64,000 bases of DNA from Candidatus Saccharimonadales bacterium (lineage in GTDB: Bacteria; Patescibacteriota; Saccharimonadia; Saccharimonadales; SZUA-47), in assembly GCA_038211855.1 (NCBI GenBank), contig JBBQVE010000003.1, positions 33,907-97,906 of the forward strand, given 5' to 3'. Position numbers and translations under genes: made by a program. How positions within the stretch are numbered: the stretch's first letter is position 1; every line of letters starts with the position of its first letter. The notes beneath the pieces were generated by a model. It was not told the origin of the DNA. It did no database searches and worked only from the letters and a program-made list of their open reading frames with translations. Below are positions 26,373 to 35,306 of this stretch, in pieces.

Positions 26373-26823
26373 ACTTTGTGACTAAATCATTGAGCTGTTC
26401 TAGTGCTTGCTTGAGACCGGACTCCATGCCTCTAAGGTACTGATCTGCCTGTGGGCCGGCTGAGAGTACTTCTGAAGTTATGTTGAGTGTAGTATTGCCA
26501 TCAGTTTCTGTAAATAACACCGTGTGTTGTACTTCAAATAGTTTATTACCCTCTGGATCGAGCGGCGAATTGGTCATGACTAATTTTGCTGGTTCTTCGA
26601 CTACTATGAATTCACCTGTCATCGGCATGATGCGTCCATCCGGTGCTTTAGTATCCACACGCAATTGACCACCCGGCCGCACATCAAACTCACAGGAAGG
26701 AACGCTATACGGGGCTGGCATATACCATTGTTTGAACTGTTCAGGCTGTGTCCAGGCATCCCAGACTGCTTGGCGAGGTGCCTCGAATGTGTATTGTATG
26801 TTTAAGGGTTTATAGTCGTTCAT
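26371..26823 (-). CDS. SRPBCC/AHSA1-domain protein
   Basis: 150 aa. APRQAVWDAWTQPEQFKQWYMP... is typical of Aha1/START-like SRPBCC proteins. Translationally coupled to the ArsR gene (ATGA). Confidence 0.75.
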   Translation of the reverse strand: MNDYKPLNIQYTFEAPRQAVWDAWTQPEQFKQWYMPAPYSVPSCEFDVRPGGQLRVDTKAPDGRIMPMTGEFIVVEEPAKLVMTNSPLDPEGNKLFEVQHTVLFTETDGNTTLNITSEVLSAGPQADQYLRGMESGLKQALEQLNDLVTK

Positions 26824-27131
26824 ACTGAGCCTTTCTTTAAATATTCTTCTAAGCTATTGAACTGCTGGCTCCAATATATCTGGAACGAATTGACCCAGTC
26901 CTCTAACCGCAAAAACGGCTCGGCATTGAGCGCATAAATCCGTTGCTGGGCAATTGGCTGCACTCGTACCAGGCCGGCTTTGTTGAGCGTATGCAAATGC
27001 TTTGATGCCTGGGGCTGGCGTATTTTAAGTAGGGAAGCAACTTCATTCACTGAGCGGGGCTGCTCACGCAACAACTCAATAATCTTGAGTCGATTTGGCT
27101 CGGCTAACGCGTTGAATGTTTTGGTATCCAT
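26820..27131 (-). CDS. ArsR/SmtB-family transcriptional regulator
   Basis: FNALAEPNRLKIIELLREQPRSVNEVASLLKIRQPQASKHLHTLNKAGLV is a wHTH. ATG 27131 sits 6-7 nt after TTGACA-N17-TTATAT. The longer ORF start 27167 lies upstream of that promoter. Confidence 0.8.
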   Translation of the reverse strand: MDTKTFNALAEPNRLKIIELLREQPRSVNEVASLLKIRQPQASKHLHTLNKAGLVRVQPIAQQRIYALNAEPFLRLEDWVNSFQIYWSQQFNSLEEYLKKGSV

Positions 27132-27152
27132 ACAACAAATATAATTCAATGC

Positions 27153-27176
27153 ATATATTCTTGTCAAGGAATATAT
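27153..27176. promoter_or_regulatory. Inverted repeat, candidate ArsR operator
   Basis: ATATATTCTTG-t-CAAGGAATATAT overlaps the -35 of the arsR-like gene. Confidence 0.45.
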
Positions 27177-27228
27177 GTTTTTTTGAAGTGACTCCCCCTT
27201 GGACTCAACATCTAGGTATACTAGTTAT

Positions 27229-28074
27229 ATGCAGATAAATGCATATATAGTGAACGCTTTCACTGCCAATAGTGCTGGTGGCAATGGTGCCGGCGTCGTT
27301 TTGGACGCTGAAAATCTATCAGATCAACAGATGCTCGATATCACGAAAGAACTGGGATTCTCCGAGACAGCTTTTGTGAGTGTGAGTAAAGTTGCAACTT
27401 ACAAAGTTCGTTTTTTTACTTCGACAGAAGAAGTTAATTTGTGCGGTCATGCGACGATTGCAACATGGTCGCTCTTGCATCAAAGAGGTCTTGCGAAAGC
27501 GGGCAACCATATGCAGGAAACACTCGCTGGAATATTAGGAATTGATATTCAACACGACGGCTCAGTGTTTATGCAGCAAACTGAGCCGCTGTTTTTGGAA
27601 ACTGCTCAGGCAAGCGAAGCTGCTGTGGTACTTGGTATAGAAGAGGTATGTATAGATTCAAAGCTCCCAGTTCAGGTTGTTTCAACAGGCTTGAGAGATC
27701 TATTTGTACCGATACGCACAAAGAAAGACTTATTGCGCATCAAACCTGATCTTCCAGCAATGATTACGTTAAGCAAAAAGTATAATGTCACCGGCTTGCA
27801 TGTATTTGCATTGAATAAAGGCCAAATTACGGCTTTTGCACGGAATTTTTCACCGAGGGTTGGCATCGATGAAGAATCAGCTACGGGTACTTCCAATGGA
27901 GCACTACTTTGTTACTTAAAGAACTATGGTAAGTTGCTGCAGACTCAATCGTATTGTATAGAACAGGGTGAATCGATGGGGAACTTATCGTATATTCTTG
28001 GAAAATTTGTTGATGGAAGAGTGTGGGTCGGTGGACAGGCGACCATTCTGAGTCAAAGGTCTATAACCGCTTAG
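27229..28074 (+). CDS. PhzF-family isomerase
   Basis: MQINAYIVNAFTANSAGGNGAGVVL...ETAFV...FFTSTEEVNLCGHATIA fits the PhzF family. ATG 27229 lies 6 nt after a TATACT -10. Confidence 0.8.
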   Translation: MQINAYIVNAFTANSAGGNGAGVVLDAENLSDQQMLDITKELGFSETAFVSVSKVATYKVRFFTSTEEVNLCGHATIATWSLLHQRGLAKAGNHMQETLAGILGIDIQHDGSVFMQQTEPLFLETAQASEAAVVLGIEEVCIDSKLPVQVVSTGLRDLFVPIRTKKDLLRIKPDLPAMITLSKKYNVTGLHVFALNKGQITAFARNFSPRVGIDEESATGTSNGALLCYLKNYGKLLQTQSYCIEQGESMGNLSYILGKFVDGRVWVGGQATILSQRSITA

Positions 28075-28092
28075 ATTTGCTATGATTAAGTT

Positions 28093-29052
28093 ATGAATGA
28101 TGACAAACTGAAACCGATTGAAGATCCAAACATTATCCGCTCCGGAAGGTTGAAAGTAGGCGATGGCCACGAACTGTACTGGGTTGATTGGGGGAACAAG
28201 AACATCAAGAATCCCATCTTTTATATTCATGGCGGTCCGGGCGGCGGTTTCGATAAAAAGTATTTTTTGCGCTTTGACCCTAAGGTACAACGCGTTGTTT
28301 TTCATGATCAACGCGGTTCCGGGCGCAGTACGCCGTTTGCTTCTATCGATCACAATACTTCGCAGGATCTTGTTGAAGATATTACGAAGTTAAAGAATGA
28401 GCTTAGTTTCGATAAAATATCCTTGTACGGTTTTTCGTGGGGTTCAACACTGTCGCTGCTATATGCAATCGCCTACCCCGAAGTTGTTGAAAAGATGTTG
28501 ATTGGCGGCATATTTTTGGCCAGAAAAGTAGATCAAGATTATTATCTGAGAGGCGGGGTCGCTTCGCATTTTCCAGAGGCTTGGGAAGCTTTCACGGCAC
28601 TCGTCCCAAAAAATGAACAGGCAACTATCGCGGAGTACTACAAGAAAAAGATGTTTGGTGATGATAAAGTCGAGTGCGAAAAATTTGCGAAAGCTTGGAT
28701 GATGTACGAGTCTTCGATATTAAAACTAGATTATAGACCGGAAAAAGTCGAGGAAGACCTGGCCGATTTCGCACCCGTAACGCTGGCATATCAAGAAGCC
28801 CACTACATACTTAATGACTGCTTCATAGAAGAAGACTACATTATTAAAAACGCCCATACGTTGCAGGATACACAGATTGTCATCGTGCAAGGACGCTATG
28901 ACTTCATATGTATGCCATCTGCCGCCTACGATCTGAAGAACGCACTCGGTACCAAGGCAACACTACAATTTGTCATGTCGGGACATGATGGCAGCGATAC
29001 GGTGCAACGCTCTGTCAATCAAGCGTACGTGAATATCCTCTGGCCCGCCTAG
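28093..29052 (+). CDS. pip: Proline iminopeptidase (prolyl aminopeptidase, alpha/beta hydrolase)
   Basis: HELYWVDWGNKNIKNPIFYIHGGPGGG...HDQRGSGRS...GFSWGSTLSLLYA...GRYDFICMP are the classic Pip motifs. Confidence 0.8.
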   Translation: MNDDKLKPIEDPNIIRSGRLKVGDGHELYWVDWGNKNIKNPIFYIHGGPGGGFDKKYFLRFDPKVQRVVFHDQRGSGRSTPFASIDHNTSQDLVEDITKLKNELSFDKISLYGFSWGSTLSLLYAIAYPEVVEKMLIGGIFLARKVDQDYYLRGGVASHFPEAWEAFTALVPKNEQATIAEYYKKKMFGDDKVECEKFAKAWMMYESSILKLDYRPEKVEEDLADFAPVTLAYQEAHYILNDCFIEEDYIIKNAHTLQDTQIVIVQGRYDFICMPSAAYDLKNALGTKATLQFVMSGHDGSDTVQRSVNQAYVNILWPA

Positions 29053-29086
29053 TCGTAGCTTGTAGCATCCTCTATACTCTAAAGCA

Positions 29087-29620
29087 GTGAAGAAAAGCAT
29101 AAAAATTATCAACAAAAAGACTCGCTTTATTATTTCGCTCGCGTTAGTGTTTGTCATCGGTGGCATTAGTGGTGTGACGGCTGCTTTTTTAGTGCGTAAC
29201 CACAATCCACAGGTGTTAGTTTGGACAACCGACAAGAGTATTAAGGCTCCTGACGGTCTCGTGAGTTATATTGAAAATAGCCGCAAGGGCGACTGCGAGA
29301 GCTACAAAGGAACAAGCTCTGCGAAGGGGAAGGCGGTGTTTGCGATTTTTGAATCTGCCCAGAATCGGCTCGCCAAAATCAGCTACGGCTGTGGCGATAA
29401 TTTGAGTAGTGAATTCTATGGCTACATATTTGCGGTGCGGACAGATACCAAATGGAAACTTTTTATACCACAGGAGTACCTAGTAAACCTGAAGAGCCTC
29501 AGCGAAAAATGGAGAGGTCCGATCGCACTGCCATCATGCAAATATCTGAATGATAATGACGTTCCTGTTTCATTCGAAAGTCTCTGTGTTGGCACCAACC
29601 ATGAATACATCACACGCTAA
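29087..29620 (+). CDS. Membrane-anchored hypothetical protein
   Basis: ORF with N-terminal TM (FIISLALVFVIGGISGVTAAFLV). No recognisable domain. Confidence 0.5.
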   Translation: MKKSIKIINKKTRFIISLALVFVIGGISGVTAAFLVRNHNPQVLVWTTDKSIKAPDGLVSYIENSRKGDCESYKGTSSAKGKAVFAIFESAQNRLAKISYGCGDNLSSEFYGYIFAVRTDTKWKLFIPQEYLVNLKSLSEKWRGPIALPSCKYLNDNDVPVSFESLCVGTNHEYITR

Positions 29621-29680
29621 ATATTATAAAATCAAAATAGGTATTTACAAATAGCATAACCCTGTTATACTTTGGGGGTT

Positions 29681-29800
29681 ATGAAACGATATACACCGCT
29701 ACAAAATGTAATGACCACAAACCCAGTGTTTGGCGGCTCTCTTGCAATTTGTGTTTCTGCCAAAGGAAATACAGCTGGCATATCGGACTCATGTAGATAA
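29681..29800 (+). CDS. Candidate leader/small ORF (39 aa) upstream of the MFS gene
   Basis: TGTTATACT -10 at 29663-29671, GGGGG, then ATG 29681. Product MKRYTPLQNVMTTNPVFGGSLAICVSAKGNTAGISDSCR. A weak terminator follows. Confidence 0.3.
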   Translation: MKRYTPLQNVMTTNPVFGGSLAICVSAKGNTAGISDSCR

Positions 29801-29827
29801 AAATATCTTTTCTTACATCGCGATATG

Positions 29828-29848
29828 CCTCCACCTCGGAGGTTTTTT
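29828..29848 (+). terminator. Weak hairpin + T6 between the leader ORF and the MFS gene
   Basis: CCTCC-acctc-GGAGG + TTTTTT. ATGCCTCC (29825-29832) can alternatively pair with GGAGGCAT (29870-29877). Confidence 0.4.
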
Positions 29849-29943
29849 AATAGCAAAAATCAATCACATGGAGGCATCTCGGGGCTTAGGAATCTAAGTA
29901 ACCCATTCATCTCACTATTAACTAACGGAAAGGGGTCTACAGA

Positions 29944-31116
29944 ATGGACCACCGCTATAAGGAAAACGCCAAGTGGCTGATGTACATCGCACCATTTCGC
30001 GATCTGTCGGTTAGTGCCGCCTACCTCGTCCCCTTCTTTTTGCAGAGGGGGTTGAGCCTGTCGCAGATCTTCTTGCTGCAATCAGTCTTTTCGATCTGTT
30101 TGCTGCTGTGGGAACTGCCGAGTGGTTATTTGGCTGACACGTACGGGCGCGCTTTGTGCCTGAAGCTGAGTCTACCGCTCAACGGTGTTGCAATAGCACT
30201 ATATGGCCTCAGCAGCCACTTTTGGCAGTTCATGTTGTGTGAGCTGGCGCTGGCGGTTGCGAGTGGCTTTGCGAGTGGCACAGACACAGCGCTCCTGATG
30301 GATTCGCTCAAGGCTGACGGCCGAGACAACGATTTTGTCAGGTTGAGTCAGCGTATGAACGCGCTGAGATTTGCTGCAACGGCAGCTGGTTTACCGGTGG
30401 CAGTCTTGCTTGTGCATTTCGTGAGTCTCGGCTCCACATTGGTGGCCGATGGACTGCTCTCGGTTGCGGCGACGGTCTTCGCACTCAAATTAGTCGAGGC
30501 GCCTCGTTACGTCAGTCAAGAAGCAATCAGAGCTTCGGCTTGGCACGCTGCCAAACAGCTTGGACGCAATGTTGAAGCTCGCTGGTTATTGGTCTTGACG
30601 ACAGCACTTAGTACGGCAACGTATCTGGGGTTCTGGTTGACGGCGTCATACTACAAAAGTGTCGGCGTGCCGCTGGTGCTCTTTGGAGTTTTACTCGGTG
30701 TTCGTAGCCTATGGAAAGCCTGGCTTTCGCATCGTTTTACGCAAGAGAAACATCTCGAACGTAGCATGATGACGTACGCTGCGCTGGCTGGTCTGACGTT
30801 TGTTGCGATGGCAACGTACCAGATCTGGCTAATTTGGTTAGTGCTTGCTCACGACGTTGTGCAGGCCTTGCAAGGACAACCACTAGTCGCCAAACTGAAC
30901 GTTCATATGGCGCACGAATTCCGTGCCACTATGAACAGTTTGGTCAACCTCGTCCAAAGACTGGTGTTTGCTGTGGCTGGTCCCGTTGTGGGGCTGATTG
31001 CAGATAAAGCCGGCCTCGGTTGGGGCTTTCTGGTCACTGGTGTAATGTGCAGCGTGATGGCCTTCCTGGCTATCGCAAAACTACACACACTTCACACGCT
31101 CAGTGATGTGAGATGA
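29944..31116 (+). CDS. MFS transporter
   Basis: 390 aa, about 12 hydrophobic helices, with the motif ELPSGYLADTYGRA (MFS motif A-like, loop 2-3). Confidence 0.8.
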   Translation: MDHRYKENAKWLMYIAPFRDLSVSAAYLVPFFLQRGLSLSQIFLLQSVFSICLLLWELPSGYLADTYGRALCLKLSLPLNGVAIALYGLSSHFWQFMLCELALAVASGFASGTDTALLMDSLKADGRDNDFVRLSQRMNALRFAATAAGLPVAVLLVHFVSLGSTLVADGLLSVAATVFALKLVEAPRYVSQEAIRASAWHAAKQLGRNVEARWLLVLTTALSTATYLGFWLTASYYKSVGVPLVLFGVLLGVRSLWKAWLSHRFTQEKHLERSMMTYAALAGLTFVAMATYQIWLIWLVLAHDVVQALQGQPLVAKLNVHMAHEFRATMNSLVNLVQRLVFAVAGPVVGLIADKAGLGWGFLVTGVMCSVMAFLAIAKLHTLHTLSDVR

Positions 31117-31121
31117 AACTG

Positions 31122-31152
31122 CCCGAGGGGTCACATATCCCTCGGGTTTTTT
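31122..31152 (+). terminator. Rho-independent terminator
   Basis: CCCGAGGG-9 nt-CCCTCGGG + TTTTTT. Confidence 0.7.
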
Positions 31153-31156
31153 CTTT

Positions 31157-32998
31157 CTAGTTCGTATTGTCTTTTTTGTAGATAGTGCCATCGATTAGTA
31201 GAGCAGAGATAGAATAGCCATGGCAACCATTCGCACCGCAGCCGGTTGCCGCATAGGCATATTGCGTCGAGCTAGCTGTGGCACCAATCGTGAAGTTACT
31301 ATTGGATAACGTTAGATTCGGCATGTTAGTTTTGCGCCAGCTGCTGTTACTGAAATTTACAAGCGTCGGGTAATTGCCGTTATGATTAGAAGTGTACTCA
31401 TCGAGCTCGGCCTGTAGTCTTGAGACATCATCTTTTACCTTACTATCTGCTGAGGAGCCGGATGAAGAGCCGGCGCCACCAAGGAATTCGGCTGGGTCGA
31501 TGCCGAGTTGCTTCAGAACATCCTCAAGTTTGATCGTCCCGGCAGGCGTTTTGGTATTGATGCTGCCACTGAATGGTTTAGCGTTTAGGGTCACCTTTAC
31601 ATTGTATGGATTGTCGGTACTTTTGCCATCGACAGTGAGGTCGGCGCTTGTAATAGTGGTCTTGATGTTCGTCTTTAAGTTGAAAAGGACGTCTGTTTTT
31701 CCGGCCGCATCGTAGCCGTGAACAAAGAGCGTAATGTCATCGCCACCATTATATTTTTGGCCGACGTCAACATAGGAATTTTTATTGGTATCGTCAGTAA
31801 AGCGTAATTTATATACGAGCTTGTATTTGGTACCTATCCACATGTCGAATGTTTGTGTATCTTTAATATTTTTGCCGCTATCTTCGCAATTTTTTTCGGC
31901 AGATTTTTTGCCGTCTGCAGCAGTGGCTGAATCATAGAATGGCAGTTTTTTGTAAGCTGCAGTCCCCATCTCGGTATCAATTAAATCTTTGCAGTAACTC
32001 ACAAGGTTCGCATTGTTAATGCCGACGGTGTAGTGGTAGGCCGAAACGCCATCCACACTTTCTTTGCCAACAAAACTACGACGTTCAAAGACTGCTACTT
32101 TTGGATCGGCCGTAAAAACACGCTTGGCGGTGATGCTAGTAGCCGTATTGGTAAGCTCGGCGATATCTGCAGCAGTCAAGCTGTCTTTTTTGGTTGATGT
32201 CAGGTCACCAAGGCCGAGTTTCTGGTAGTAATCACTGCTGATCGTGATCCACTTGCCATCAAACTTCGAGATACCAGGAATTTGTGAATCAAGACCAAGC
32301 GATTTAAAGCCGTTAAGCTGTAGGTATGTCGTGGGAAAGGCTTGACCTTTGATAACCTGGCCAATAAAGTTCAGGCTGTAATTTTGCTCGGTTTGACCAG
32401 TAGCTTTGGCCTTTATGACAAGACTGCCATTCGCACCAGAATCATCAAATTTAGTGCCGAGTGTGCCGTTGAAGGTTTCGCCTTGAAAAGTGCCGGTAAC
32501 TGATGCAGAGATATCGGACTTCTTGAAGTTTTCAAGGGAGTCTTTTTGCGATGCATTGTTCACAAGTGCACTCAGGGCTTTGCCAGAACGGGTTAGGCCA
32601 TTGCTCCAGACGTTTTCAGGCTTGTTTGGCAACACATAGCCAAAGACAACGCCACCAGCGATCAGTGCAACGACGATGCCGCCAGCAAGTGAAAGCAGTA
32701 GTGGCTTCTTGTGTGATTTTTTTTGCGAATTGAATGACATAGCTTGAATCGGTGTAGTTGGCGGCACATAACCCGGCATACTGATAGGTGCAGCTTCCAT
32801 TGCAGGGTCAGGCAGTGGTGTTGGAATCGGATCCATTGATACGATAGGTTCCGGCACTGTCGGTGTTGCGGGCTCAGTAGGCAGTGGTGCGATTGTAGTA
32901 TGCTCATTCATTTGAGTTGATGCAGGAGGAGCTGGTTGGTTGGGCACTCCCGCCGTAGTATCAGGTTTTGGCTCAGGGGCATAGACAAAAGGGTCCAT
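31157..32998 (-). CDS. Large surface protein: Pro-rich cytoplasmic N-terminus, single TM, ~490-aa extracellular region
   Basis: 613-aa ORF. TM LLLSLAGGIVVALIAGGVVFGYVL. No recognisable catalytic motif. Confidence 0.6.
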   Translation of the reverse strand: MDPFVYAPEPKPDTTAGVPNQPAPPASTQMNEHTTIAPLPTEPATPTVPEPIVSMDPIPTPLPDPAMEAAPISMPGYVPPTTPIQAMSFNSQKKSHKKPLLLSLAGGIVVALIAGGVVFGYVLPNKPENVWSNGLTRSGKALSALVNNASQKDSLENFKKSDISASVTGTFQGETFNGTLGTKFDDSGANGSLVIKAKATGQTEQNYSLNFIGQVIKGQAFPTTYLQLNGFKSLGLDSQIPGISKFDGKWITISSDYYQKLGLGDLTSTKKDSLTAADIAELTNTATSITAKRVFTADPKVAVFERRSFVGKESVDGVSAYHYTVGINNANLVSYCKDLIDTEMGTAAYKKLPFYDSATAADGKKSAEKNCEDSGKNIKDTQTFDMWIGTKYKLVYKLRFTDDTNKNSYVDVGQKYNGGDDITLFVHGYDAAGKTDVLFNLKTNIKTTITSADLTVDGKSTDNPYNVKVTLNAKPFSGSINTKTPAGTIKLEDVLKQLGIDPAEFLGGAGSSSGSSADSKVKDDVSRLQAELDEYTSNHNGNYPTLVNFSNSSWRKTNMPNLTLSNSNFTIGATASSTQYAYAATGCGANGCHGYSISALLIDGTIYKKDNTN

Positions 32999-33079
32999 CT
33001 TTTTAAGTCCTTTTTAAGTTACTGCTTTTAAGCCCACTATAGCATAAGCTTTATCTGTACGATAGGGGCGTGATTACCT

Positions 33080-33973
33080 CTAAATAATTGTGCTTAAAAC
33101 ACGATGGGCTGATTCGACGCTCACCATGCTACCAGCGGCAAGTTCTACAAGCTCTCCATCCATTTGCATCAACGTGTCGTGCATCGTTTTGAATTCAAAT
33201 TTCTGCAGACTTCGCACCGTTTTTGGCTTGGGTTTTTTGGCAACGGCAGCGCGGAGCAGGCGTTGCGTCAACTGGAATTTGTGGTTACTGGGTGAGACGA
33301 TAATCTCGAACTGTCCATCATTTGGCAATGATTTTGGGGCAAAGGTCAGGATTTTTGCCATGAGGTATATATTCGTGAACAGTAGATTATCTAATTCAAG
33401 CACTTTGTCATCGTGATCTATCTTGAATGATTCAGTTTTTCGGTAAAGCCGTAGCACCTGCAAAAATTCTCTGACGACATGTAGCTTGTAATCGGCAAGT
33501 TCTTTAGCGAGCGCCGGGGTCAGGCCGAGACCAACGTAAGAGTGCGCATAGTATGTATTCGTTTCCTGATCGTCTTTGGTGGTCGTGATGCGAATGAGAT
33601 CGAAGTGTCTTATTCTTCCGGAAATAATTGCCTCCGCCAACGGGCGATGGTGAACGGCACGACTATGGTCATTGGCATTGCCGGCGGGTAAGACTGCACA
33701 GACGGCCTTGGGATTGCCAGCGCTCATGACACCATTGATAACCTCGTTATAACCACCATCGCCACTCGAAGAAATAATCAACGGTCGCTCACTCGAAGAC
33801 GCCATTTTTTGAGCCAGTTCACGAGCATGTCCAGCATACTCAGTGGGAACACACATAGTTTTTACATCAGGCAAGCACGCCTTGAGCTGTGTGCGTAGTT
33901 CCTCAGCCAGCTCCTTGCTATTGCCTGAGCTCTTCGGGTTAAATATAATGTTGATTTTTGTAAACTCAGCCAT
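33080..33973 (-). CDS. Diacylglycerol-kinase-family lipid kinase (YegS/DagK-like)
   Basis: INIIFNPKSSGNS...LIISSSGDGGYNEVINGV...AVLPAGNANDH fits the DAGK catalytic domain. ATG 33973 lies 10 nt after a TATACT -10. The ORF-track start is GTG 34003. Confidence 0.75.
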   Translation of the reverse strand: MAEFTKINIIFNPKSSGNSKELAEELRTQLKACLPDVKTMCVPTEYAGHARELAQKMASSSERPLIISSSGDGGYNEVINGVMSAGNPKAVCAVLPAGNANDHSRAVHHRPLAEAIISGRIRHFDLIRITTTKDDQETNTYYAHSYVGLGLTPALAKELADYKLHVVREFLQVLRLYRKTESFKIDHDDKVLELDNLLFTNIYLMAKILTFAPKSLPNDGQFEIIVSPSNHKFQLTQRLLRAAVAKKPKPKTVRSLQKFEFKTMHDTLMQMDGELVELAAGSMVSVESAHRVLSTII

Positions 33974-34009
33974 GTCAATAAGTAGTATACCCTTGATATT
34001 CACTTACGT

Positions 34010-34699
34010 ATGAACGAATATGAAGGCATGAGCAAGATGCGTGATGCTAAATCGGATATATTGAAGCACGACATTCATGTACTGGATGATCCACATGGCA
34101 GTTGGCGAAAAAGTCTGCTGCATTTTTCCATTGTTATCATTTTCATTGCTGCAGTCGGCTACTTATCACGAGGCTGGATAAGAAACACTGTCATACCAAA
34201 AGGTGCGGTAGCGGTGGAGGGCAGTAGCTTCGAAAAACAGATTGCCTCGGTGCAAAATGAGCTGCAGCATCCCTTTACAGCGCTTGGCTACAAGAAAACT
34301 GACGTGATCCCAACAAAATGCACTCTCACAGAAGCCAAGCTCTTAGCAACCAAGGTGGACTGTGAGTATAAGATCCACGCATACGGGGAAGTCTCACGAG
34401 ATCCAGCCACAATAAAAAGAGTGGACGCTGCATCGGCCAAGATCGAGGATTATCTCAAAAATAATGGTTGGAAAGGAGAGTATTCGGACAGCGGCCAGTA
34501 CGTCTCGCTCCACAAGATCGTCACTGCGATTAATCAAGGCAATGACTCTCTGCCAGATGCATCGTACTTTAAACAAGTAGGGGACATGTACTGCGCCTTT
34601 TCAACTGCCGAAGCATTTAACTCACCAAAACCTGCCGCCAAGTCTACAGTGCTTACCTGTGACAAAGACTATTATTTCTTGGGCGTGCCGACTTTTTAG
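34010..34699 (+). CDS. Membrane-anchored hypothetical protein
   Basis: ORF with TM LLHFSIVIIFIAAVGYL. No recognisable domain. Confidence 0.5.
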   Translation: MNEYEGMSKMRDAKSDILKHDIHVLDDPHGSWRKSLLHFSIVIIFIAAVGYLSRGWIRNTVIPKGAVAVEGSSFEKQIASVQNELQHPFTALGYKKTDVIPTKCTLTEAKLLATKVDCEYKIHAYGEVSRDPATIKRVDAASAKIEDYLKNNGWKGEYSDSGQYVSLHKIVTAINQGNDSLPDASYFKQVGDMYCAFSTAEAFNSPKPAAKSTVLTCDKDYYFLGVPTF

Positions 34700-34728
34700 G
34701 GCTACTCATTCATACTTAGCGCGTTAAG

Positions 34729-35040
34729 CTATTTCCCTTGCTGTGATGTCTCATAACAAATACTTCCCGCAAACCCGGTCGTCGCACCATGTATGTAATT
34801 TGCAGGTATAAAAAGGGCATCACCAGCTTGCAACGGAAATGTCTGTTTGTTGATGGTATAGGCGATTGAGCCTTCGGCACACCAGATCGTCGTGTCGTAG
34901 CTATGCGGATGGGTTTCGATTTCTTCAAACTCACTCGTCGTCCAGCGCTCGGCGTCAATTTTTTTGGCAGCCAGCAAATCAATCAACTCACCTTCGCCAG
35001 CTTCATACGTCTTAGACCACCGGTATTTTTTAGGACCCAT
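34729..35040 (-). CDS. Cupin-domain protein
   Basis: 103 aa. HPHSYDTTIWCAEGSIAYTINKQTFPLQAGDALFIPANYIHGA has cupin motifs 1 and 2 with His ligands. Confidence 0.65.
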   Translation of the reverse strand: MGPKKYRWSKTYEAGEGELIDLLAAKKIDAERWTTSEFEEIETHPHSYDTTIWCAEGSIAYTINKQTFPLQAGDALFIPANYIHGATTGFAGSICYETSQQGK

Positions 35041-35086
35041 ACATCTATTGTCTCACGCCGTAAGAAACAAAGTAAGCATAATCTTA

Positions 35087-35115
35087 TTGACAAAAGCGCT
35101 AATATGCGCTATTAT
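35087..35115 (+). promoter_or_regulatory. Near-consensus sigma70-type promoter of an orphan small transcription unit
   Basis: TTGACA-N17-TATTAT. The spacer contains AGCGC-taatat-GCGCT. Confidence 0.5.
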
Positions 35116-35187
35116 TAGTTACGTTGAGATCAAAACAAATATACAAAAATAAAACGCATGCGAACGACAGAAGAAAGGACACATACA

Positions 35188-35271
35188 ATGACAAAATCCG
35201 GGCTACACTTTGAATTCCTACCCACGAAGAATCCCACGATCCAGCACATTGATCAGATTCTAGGGCGCTAA
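35188..35271 (+). CDS. Candidate 27-aa ORF within the orphan transcription unit
   Basis: AAAGGA SD-like then ATG. Product MTKSGLHFEFLPTKNPTIQHIDQILGR. The stop lies 5 nt before the terminator. It could equally be an sRNA. Confidence 0.25.
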   Translation: MTKSGLHFEFLPTKNPTIQHIDQILGR

Positions 35272-35275
35272 GCCA

Positions 35276-35299
35276 AAGCCTCGCTGCAGCGAGGCTTTT
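35276..35299. terminator. Bidirectional terminator
   Basis: AAGCCTCGC-tgca-GCGAGGCTT + TT. It also lies directly after the nuclease gene stop on the minus strand. Confidence 0.65.
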
Positions 35300-35306
35300 C
35301 GCGTTA

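Noticed and set aside
29665-30081. Minus-strand ORFs 29665-29856 and 29860-30081 upstream of or overlapping the MFS start.
   Set aside because: They have no SD or promoter, overlap the MFS coding start and the plus-strand leader/terminator structure, and their composition is unlike neighbouring genes.
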